Shown here piece by piece: positions 54,200 through 64,000 of a stretch of DNA of 64,000 nt. The position numbers and the translations under genes are program-made. Location of the stretch: assembly GCA_964035545.1 (NCBI GenBank), contig OZ037770.1:4372662-4436661 (forward strand), written 5' to 3'. How positions within the stretch are numbered: position 1 is the first letter of the stretch; the number at the start of each line of letters is the position of its first letter. This stretch comes from Bugula neritina. Taxonomy: Eukaryota > Animalia > Bryozoa. The notes under the pieces are model-generated. The model searched no databases and was not told the origin of the DNA. It worked only from the letters and a program-made list of their open reading frames with translations.

Positions 54200-57100
54200 A
54201 TGTCATTTGCTACTCTTTCTAAGCGTGGCCGAGGAAGATCTTTAGACAGTCATGTGAAGCAGGCATCATTTGATGTCTCCGAGCTTGCTGCCGGTATGTA
54301 TTGCTTTAATACTCTATAGACATCAATTATATTACATTATAGTTGTAAATATTTGGATATGTAAAGGTGCATAACCTGCAACAGTATATAGTTAACTTCT
54401 GTAAAAGATTTGTTAAAAGCTTTAACCAGAGAATTGGTTCCTGTTTACTAAAGGTTGAGTCACTTTTATCTGGATGATGTTAAGATAATCCCTTCGAGCA
54501 GCTATACAGTATAAGTGCTTAATCCAGAACTTCGTGTAAAACTCTATACTTTTAGTATATTTTAAATGGTTTTGTGATAACCTAGCTATAGTAAATTATT
54601 CAGCATGGTTTTAGCATTGTTTTAATACTTAGCAGGATGGCTAGGTTTGAAAGTGAGTGTATATGAAGTGTGTTTATATTCATTGAAAAGATTTATATAC
54701 GTTAAACACTTGTGAATTACATTGCACTCAGTCTCATTGTCATTATTCAAAATTATTAACATCAGAAGTCAACTTTCTAAATCACAAAAATTAGTTTTTT
54801 TATATTTAACATTTATACGGCTCTTTTGCGTAGTTACTATAAGTTTAGGTGGTCCCAGCTGTTCAAAATATCACATTCCCTTTTAAATAGTTGACAAGGA
54901 TAGATTTTGGGTGATACTTTTATTTTTCAAAAATCTAAAGCAAAGTTTGTAGATGTTTTTGTGTCATCTAGCAACAACATGAAAAGGTATCTATTTATTT
55001 TGACTTCGAAGAATTGATGTTTTCTCAAAAAATATCTTCGCTAAATAGTCTTGTTGCTGTGCTTGAGTTTTGTATCAATTAACTTCTATATTTGTTTGGC
55101 TGTAAACCTTTACATGCATCAATATGCTGAGCTGCTAACGATTAATCATCTGAAGCTTATTTAAACTTGTCACTCAAATGTATTTATAACTTCAAGTTTT
55201 ACATAATGTTTCAAAAGCAAACCACAGGCACCAGAGTTCCTAGAGAAAGATATTGGTTGACTTCTCTTTGTCAACTTCACTCACTTCTTGTCAAATTCTT
55301 TTGGTAAAGTTTTAATTAGTGAAAATGTCTTGCATCATCAGCATGATAAGAAAGTGTCAGAGGGCAAATCATGGATCATTAATTGGCTAATCTTGAGGTT
55401 GAGTAAAGCATACAACTGTTCCACAGTAGTAATCAGTTGTTGCTCATGTTGCAGTATAGCTATGTTCTATTACATATCATGTTCATGCTTATAACATACA
55501 AATATGCACACATATTTTGTATAGACCATTTTAGTTATCAGAGTGAAATAGACAACAAATAATAGTATGCAGCAAATTTTGAATATTTCACTGGCTTTGA
55601 AATATATTGTGCTATTCTAAATGTTTTATATTCTTTAATTGCAATAACCTGGATTTTACAGTTTGCTTTGCTCATTGCTCTGTGACTTGTGGATAATATT
55701 ATTTGGCCGCTAAAAGTTCCATCATAATAATATGATACTATTATTAATATGTTATACTAATTTAAGGGTATGGCATTTGATAATATATATGGAGTCTCTT
55801 GGTTAAGTTCTTGAAATTAATGCTTTTATTCAACAATCTTACCACTCGTCAGTTTGTAAGCATATTACCATCAGAAATATATGGTATAGCTTTATTCAAT
55901 AAGGTTCTTGCAAATTTAGTCATAATTGGCCATCTGTGTGACATAACATTACTTCATTTCCAAAATGTGTTGATGTTTCCAAGATTGACTTTGTCAAAAT
56001 TTACATGTTTGAGGACAAATTAAACTACTCAGCTGTAGATGGATAAAAGCTTCACATATAAACCATTCAATTATAAGCTGTATCATTTACTCCATCAATA
56101 AAAATAAGTATATGTATGTAGAGTAAGTTTACAAAAATCTTTAAAAAGATTATTTCACTTTGCTGTATCTTTAAAAATATTAGTGTTAATAAAGATATAG
56201 ATAGATATATTGATTGAAAATAAAACTGCACAAAATTATTGAACAATTCTAAGGAGTAGATTTATTATGAATAAAAGTTACATTATATAAAGTTTATTTA
56301 AACATACCTTACAGCTAGGGCACAAAAAAGATGAGCTTTCACTAAAGTTCAGCAATGACTTTTTTGAATTTCATAAAATGAATGTTAATAAAAACAAGCA
56401 CATTGACTCTCTGAGTGTCTTTTCCAATTCTGTATTAGTTTACACTTACTGTGTATCTGATCTAATAAAAGATTATTTAGTATATACACTTGCTTTGTCA
56501 CAGTAACGAGGACAAGTGTTTTATCTAAAGTAGAGTGTTCGAACTCATTTTCTATGGAATTATTTGCATCTCGTTTAATTTTAAATACAGTGCTCCCTCC
56601 ATCACTCATGAATTCTGTTCTCGAAAAATGTCGATGGGTCTCGAAAAAAAGCTTAGAGCCCATTTGTGATTTATGTATATGATAGAGAATAAATGATCAA
56701 CTTTAACTAGTCACGATTAGGCTTCCGTAAGCAAAAGCTTAGTGACATATTGAAGAAGATTTAGTAAGTTACTGCTTGGTAGTCTGAGAATGGAAAATCT
56801 ATTTCTTGGTGTCAATCCTCTAACATCTAAAGTGATCAATCAAATACCTCCACATCCATATTACATCTGCATTTTCAATTTAAACTTATTTATGTCAAAT
56901 ACTAAAGTGATCATTTTAAATTAAGAAAAATTAGGTATAATTATATTCATTTGAGAGGTTAAAAACTGATTCTTAAATTCTTTTGGGTTGTATTTTAGGT
57001 GTGTGCGCATAATTAGGTTACTCATATTTTAAATGAGTGTTTGATAAAATGCTTACTTGATTTGCTAATAACTTGGAAAAAAGATTATAAATAGATGTTG

Positions 57101-60100
57101 AACCCAGCTATTGCATAACATTAAGCAGGTGTAGTTATGTCAAATGAGTACAGAATTAGAAGCATCAAATCTCAAGTTGTTCACTAAATCAAGGAGGGTA
57201 AAAATGGGTGCAGAAAACTTGCTTTGTGCTATTTTAAATCTAGTTTCTATTTCCTCCTACTAGACCAGGTTAAGTATCATAAAATTTGGTTGCAAACAAT
57301 CAAGCAGAAGTGAAGTCTTTCATTACCTGATGGGAATTGTATTTTTTGAAAAACCTAAATTAATATAATCTTCACCAAATACACAACATTCATTAAAAAT
57401 TTTGCTGGTTGCAAATCTTTGGTAGTTACCAGTTTGGTATAATAACTGGCAAAAGTCCCATTTGTTTACAAACTATAATATTCTAGAGCTACACTATTGA
57501 TCACAATATAAATCACAATAATCACAATGGGATTGTGTGTTGTCATGTCTGTTTCCTGCAGCTAATGTTTCCCCTGACTACACAGCCAATATTTTACATC
57601 AAACCCAAATAAAATTTGGCACACAGACATAATATTATGTTAAACCTCAGGGTGTTAGCTGGTAGTCTCTGTGGTAATTCTGTCAATGTTGAGCTAAGAT
57701 TTTTCAGTAGTTTTTGTGGTGTACTGGTTAGCACGCCTGCTTGCAGGCCAGATGTCTATAGGGTTCGAATCCTAGGGAATGCAGAAGTTCTATAGAAGCT
57801 ATGTTGGCCTTTAGTGAAGTGTTTGATAGTAGAACTTCTTTGAAGTTGAGAGGTTATAGGAGAGCCAGAAGGTTTAAGGAATAGCAGAGAGGCCAGTGGA
57901 GTTCAGAGAACTTTAGATGAATAATATTTAGTACAAATCCGCTTCCGTTTACAACTATTAGTTATATAATGTATGATAATATTTCATCACTTTTAATGAT
58001 TTGCTATAGTGGGTAGAGTAGCTAAGCACCCTGAAGCCATGCCCACATCTCACTCTACTAGCAGACTTTCCTCGTTCACTCCTCTCAGGAAGTTTACACA
58101 GTTCTTCAAGCGAATGACAAGTGAGCCAGGGGAGGCAACTCACAATCAATCTACCTCAGACTGCTCCATTTTTGGTAGATCTTTGGGAGAGATTTGCCTT
58201 CCCGAGCCACCTAAACCAATCACAGTGAGTCTTACTAGTAGCTATTTAATTGATTGGTCAACCTGTTCTGCTGTTGATTAGATGAGATGGTTTAGTTATA
58301 GTTTTAGGAATAGCTTGTACCTAATTTTAATATATAATACCCAAATGCCTACAGATTTGTTTAGCTTATTTTTAATATTTTATGCATCATCACCATAAAT
58401 CATTTTGTCACTATACTCTGCTAGGTTTTGATACAGCCTTTTAATTATAGTCACTGCTTAGTTAAGCGATACTAACTAAATTTTCAATTTGCTTTACAGT
58501 GGCTATTACAAAGTCTATAAATCAAACAGTCACCTTTCAAATATTCAGTTTTCATAAACTTTGAATAATTTATATATTTCGAAAGAGTACTGATTTGCAG
58601 AAATCAATTGATTTGTGTTGGCAGAGTTCTTTATTGAAGTTGATGTTTGCCAAATTTTACCGTCACTGCAATAAAAGAATTTCTCTTATCTGATTTAAAA
58701 TCTATGGGAAAGTTTGTCTATAAACTATAATTGTTACAAAATCCAATCGTGATGATTTCACAAGTCTTGAATTGAGGAAACTTAACGAGTAATAAATGAT
58801 GCTTGTAGAATTATGAATGGCTTCAAGTGTGCTCAATAGTATACCAGTGATTATAAATATTTTAAAAGTTTTGCAAACAAATATACAATAACCATGGCTA
58901 AACAACTTTACAGCCTAACATTCAGGGAGGATAATATATATAAGGTTTAGTCTTATATACTGACAAGCGCAGCTGATTAAAAGCAGCTGTAGAATCAAAG
59001 GAGTAATCACAATTGTTCTAATATTTAGTAGCTTAAACTTTGGCATCAAGAAGTATGCTGTCATTTGACTCTTATGTAATATTAATGTCTGATGCTGAAC
59101 CTTTGCCAAATCTGCAATATTGTTTGCATAGTTGAACAACCCAGCAAAACTAGCTATACAGGGTTGGCTCGTGATCAAGGAATCTCAAAGTTTTATTTGG
59201 AATAGTACGATGTTTTGGTTAACATATGTAATTGAAAAGTTTACTAAATCTGCTATCTTTAATCTTCATATGAGCATCCCAATACTATAACTTCTTTAGA
59301 CATTGCGTAATGCATACCTTTATAACGGCCAAAAAAGATGAATTAAAAAACTTTAGTCATTTAGAGATAATCCGTGTTAATCCTAAGATTTATCTGTTAG
59401 CATAAGTAGTTATGCAAGATTTATTGAGTATAATAGCTGAAGTGTATAAGATATATAATCTCATCTTGATGAGCTTATATATATATATACTGAAATTTTC
59501 ACAGATTTTAGCGGTCAATTTATTTTGAGGAAAAGGTGATTAAATAAAGTTTAATACTTCATTTGCCTCTTATATAGTTGAGAGGTAATATCTTACTTTC
59601 AGTTCCCATTGATTTATTTTTACGTGTTAGAACTGCAATCAAACTCATTTTAGATTATAAATCTTTAATTTTAAAGTTTCATAAAACATGTTATATATAA
59701 GAACAGAGGAAAACATTAAGATAGAATAATTATAAAGTACATTTGCTTCACCAGTTTCAACAAAAAGTAAGTTTTGAGAAGAAAGGTTATATGACTTTAT
59801 GTCCAATGTTAGTGGGATTTGTCTTGTCAAAAAACTAAAAATGAAAATTTACTTTTTATCTAGTTGTTATATGCAAATATCTTCTATGAAATCTGTTGTA
59901 TAAGAATTACTGTAAAATGTCATATTTCTTGCAATGTTACAGGACCTGCTAACATTTTTACAAGAAGTTGGTCCACTAACCAAAGAAATTTTCCGGAAAC
60001 CTCCGAATGCAAGAAAATGTAAGCTGCTTGGTGAAAAGTTGAACTCGGCTAATTTCTACTGGGACGTGAAGGAAAGTTGTGATGGGTTGCTTTTGGGAGC

Positions 60101-63100
60101 CGTCTTAAAGGTAAATCCTATGACTAGCCCTCAGAATGATCATTCTATTTATTTTTGCTGAACATCTAAACCTCAAAACCTTTATAATAACTATCAAAAT
60201 TATTTTTACTTCATTAGTTACTCTTTTTAATTATATCAAATTATAGCACAAAATCTTCATCATAATTCAGCTGTTTATATAGTTATATAAAGATATTGAT
60301 TTCCTTAATACATCTGGCCATCTGCCAAACTTCAAGCTACACACTAATGTAGAAGTTTGACAAACTCTGCTGGTTGGAAAATACAGGTTTCCTGCTTTTA
60401 AATAATTTCAAATAATTTTAACGACTTTTAAATGACTAGAGCAATCTTCATTAGAAAATGTATACAGTGTTGTTGTGGCTGCAAATGTGCTTTAAGTTAC
60501 TTTTCTTTGAAATAGCAACAAAAGATTTCTATTAAAGTGACAGGTTAATGAGATTTAAAAACAGCTTGAGGTGGGCATTGTTTGAGAGAAAGTTATGATT
60601 GTATATGCTATTGAAGATATAGGAAAAGCCAGCAATATTTTTTGGTCAAAGGTCTGTGTATCTTGTTATTTTCCAACATATTTTAAAAGCTCATGCATCA
60701 CCCAATTGGGTCTTCTGATTAAATTATAACTTGTAATATTAATGCAAAAGAGCTTAGTTATATGACTAACTATATTAGATAACGCATATTACACAATACC
60801 TGTTTAAAGTAAATACATGAGGAGAAGCTCTTAGGTAAGAAAAAAACTGTGCCTTTCATAATGTTGGAAACACATTTAGATCAACTTTTTGTTGACGTCA
60901 TCAATGACTTTGCTAAAATTATGACTCAAGACTTAGTGCCAGCGTGTTTATGCAACTAGTTCACTGCTCTAATCAATAAACTAGGATAAATATTTATATA
61001 TAATAGTTTTTGTATTTCAAGCCATAATTATTATTGATGTTGCCAATTTCAACTCAAGATTGTAAGGTAAACTTTCATAGTACTGTAATTAATAAAACCT
61101 ACATTGCCTTTAAAGTCGTAACTGTAACATGTTTCTAACGAATAACCACAATTTTGTGAATAGGAGTGTGTAGATCGGGTTTTTTGACAAATTTACCAAA
61201 AATAGTATTAATTTATGAACACGCCACATTGGTATCATACAAATTTTAAGTTTTTAGGCTAAGTTTCTTTTGCATGCGAAAACTCTCAATGACTGTATGG
61301 CTTCTCATACATGTATCTGGGTTGTAGGAATATGAATTATATAACTTGACTAAGTAATGTAATATGTATAGCCAGTCTATCAGGTAGCTTACTGCATAGT
61401 TGCAGTCATACCATATATAGGTGTGTCTATATAAATACATGGGAATGCTAATGAATTTTGTAGCCATCAAACTGAATGGCAACTTTACAAAGAATTGGGT
61501 GTAACTAGAAAATCTGTGTGTTTCTCTTATGTAGAATTTAGTGAGAATGTTTAGTTAAAATGAGTGAATTTTTGGCAAGGACGGGTGGTCATATATGGGC
61601 AACTAAAGTTGTGCTTTAGTTAAGTGTGAGAACTTATGCTACAATAAAATAAAAGTGTACACACCCTAACTACAATGTTGTGTGTTTTCCAAAGTATAAA
61701 AAATGGCAGAGTGAGTAATAGTATAATTTATACCACTTTAAACAGTTCAATATACAGTAAATATAACTTGTTTTATTCTGATACAAAATAAAGTTATTTG
61801 GGTAATATTTTCTCATAGAAAGATGCATAATTTAGTGCAGGATCTAGGGATAGGTTAGCTGCGCTAAGTTTTAAAAACATTCCACCTAAAATCAGTATAG
61901 AAAAACCTTGCTGAAATTTGTCTAACCTCACAACTGACAAAGGCCTATATATATCAAACATTATGTACCATATATATTTCTGTACATGTTTATAGCCTGA
62001 GTTTAACAATTAAACGTTATCTTTAGTAGAAATTTTGGTTTGACTTTGTAGTTTTTCAAGTGCAAAGTATAATGAGCAGGTTACAAAATGCTTGTATGCC
62101 TAGAATGAGTGCTGTATAGTTCCAGGGTCTATAAATCATAGAATTATGTTGTCTTTGATCTATTATATTATATTATATTACAAGAGTATTATAGGTATTA
62201 CGCAATCATCCCTCACCTTCAAAGAGATCTGCATTTAATGAATAAATAATTGTAAACTTATTATTTCATAGGCGGTATAATCTTATTAACTTTTGAAACA
62301 AAAACTACCTAATATAATAAGGCTATATAAATAGAAGAAATATGTTTTAGGTATATAACACATGCATGTATTGCAAGGAATGTTGCAAGAATTATGGCAT
62401 GATATTGGAAAATTAGGCAACAAATTCTGAGTGTATTCGTTTGTAGTTATATGAATATTTTGGTAATTATAATAGTCAATTGTGTTTCTAAAAACTGTTT
62501 GAATAATTTCTAGAAGCAATACAATAATATATGATCACATCAGGCTCTGGCTATGTGTAGACAATATCAGGATACAAAGTATAGAATAGTTTTGACAAAA
62601 GCAATTATTATTCAAACAAACAAAATTAAATATACATAAACAATTTGTAAGTTTAAATTAATTTTTTTAGGTGATATAAACTAAGTTTGTTTTTTGGTAA
62701 AGCATTCAGAAGGTATTTACTCTTATTACTCATTGCTCACGGCCTTATACCTATAACAATTTAAATTTGGCTTAGTTTCCATTCAATTCAAATATAAAGA
62801 AAATATTTCCTATACAAATATTGAGTACGCAAAATTTCCCCTTTGAAACTATTGCTTTATTTTGTGAAGCAACACATTGTGGTTTTGAAACTGTAGCCAC
62901 ATCACTATTTCATTAAATATTTTGGCACAGGTCAGAAACATTCAATAAAAAAGAATTTAAATAAATTGGCAAAATATGCATATTTTATGCATTCGAATAA
63001 AATATTCTTTATCTGACATTATTTTAAACCTACAACAGAGCATCGTAACTTGTTGATAGAGAAACTCAAGAGCTGCCGGCATGGGTGTAACACATATATT

Positions 63101-63916
63101 GTTTAGTTTTGACATCTTTACAATGCAGCATCTCAAAACCTGACAGCTCTCCAAACACTGGACCCTACGTCACCACAGTTTTGGTTTCACATGAAAGCAA
63201 AGGGCTAGTAGGATCTATTGATATGCAAATTTAAACTATAAATTACAAAAATGTCAGCAAATTAAAATAACTTGACAGAAATATTTTGAGTATTTAAATT
63301 TAAGCCTTACAAATACTATCAAGCCTTTCAGCAAACTCTTTGAAAGCCAGAAAATTTCTTTTCTACTGATTCTGAATAAAAATTCATATTTGAAAAAAAA
63401 CATTTATGAAGTAAATTATATTGCTTTTGACTAACATAGTATCTAAACGGGTTGTGTACAATGTATATATCAGTTTCTATAGTTTTGTTGATTACTTTAA
63501 TTTTTATATTTCACTAGTCTCAAACTTGTTTCAAAAATTATGAATACTATATAATAAAAAATGCTTAATGATTTGATATAAATCGATTGAAAAAAGAAAT
63601 AAATCTTAATATATTGAGTTCGAAATAATATTTTATTAATTTTAATCCTTGCAAACTTTAAACTAAATTTGAAAATTATATAGCAGCCTTTAATTTAGAT
63701 GAATAATAAACTACAAATTTGTAATCATTGTAATCATTTTATTTGCAGTAAGGATCTTTTACTGATGCAGCATTTCTTGCAATATTATCTACTTTTATAG
63801 TCATTTCTTCGGGAAATCCCCAACAAACTGTGTGACGACAGACTTTACAATCATTGGGCAGCCATTATCAATGATGCAGACGACAATAATGAGCGAAAAG
63901 TTGAGCGAATCAAAAG
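54200..63916 (+). CDS. Rho GTPase-activating protein, ARHGAP20/TAGAP-like, 3'-partial; exons 54200-54293, 58010-58224, 59943-60110, 63801-63916
   Basis: GT-AG, phase-compatible splicing gives MSFATLSKRGRG...SIFGRSLGEICLPEPPKPIT|DLLTFLQEVGPLTKEIFRKPPNARKCKLLGEKLNS...LLGAVLK|SFLREIPNKLCDDRLYNHW...KVERIK. This matches the RhoGAP fold (FG.SL, IFR arginine finger, LK.FLR.IP) and the GPLTK.IFR..N..C..L.EKLNS pattern recalled for ARHGAP20. The first exon is less certain. Confidence 0.88.
57707..57915 (+). mobile_element. tRNA-derived SINE (family B) in a RhoGAP intron
   Basis: A box tggtgtactgg, B box ggttcgaatcc, no closing acceptor stem; tail shared with 52920-53115. Confidence 0.75.
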
Positions 63917-64000
63917 GTGAGTAAAATGCATTCGAATCAAGTTAAGCACTGTAGTAGTCGAGTAGTCAATATCAGCTTAAATGCTGTTATACATCCTGTC

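Noticed and set aside
55288-55494. Cys-rich ORF in a RhoGAP intron
   Set aside because: No signal peptide, splice support or knottin spacing.
57707-57790. Functional tRNA gene (also 48573 and 52840-52912)
   Set aside because: A and B boxes are present but there is no proper cloverleaf or acceptor stem, and shared non-tRNA tails indicate SINEs.

Overview
AT-rich eukaryotic (invertebrate animal-like) genomic DNA with GT-AG introns, long (TA)n microsatellites and many transposon relics; the taxon cannot be fixed from the sequence. Host genes: (1) a 4-exon gene missed by the ORF track, encoding a 102-aa secreted prepropeptide with an inhibitor-cystine-knot (knottin, conotoxin-like C-C-CC-C-C) mature peptide (12968-14187); (2) a second small secreted-peptide gene with the same first two intron phases (20342-21314); (3) a related Cys-rich terminal exon at 42804-42907; (4) an intronless rhodopsin-class GPCR (45414-46343) with two pseudogene paralogues (1520-1570, 7543-8060); (5) the 5' exons of an ARHGAP20/TAGAP-like RhoGAP running off the right end. 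Mobile DNA: a Naiad-type Penelope-like retroelement with a hammerhead ribozyme and an inverted terminus (1839-4028); a ~270-nt non-coding hammerhead 'retrozyme' family inserted at (TA)n tracts (4145-4774, 47111-47381); a PIF/Harbinger-ISL2EU-type foldback element with ~880-bp inverted arms (15292-18787); a decayed R4/Dong non-LTR element (28960-31920); and tRNA-derived SINEs. The most notable candidates are the knottin/secreted-peptide family and the TA-associated Penelope plus retrozyme pair. All calls come from reading the sequence by eye; no database searches were run.
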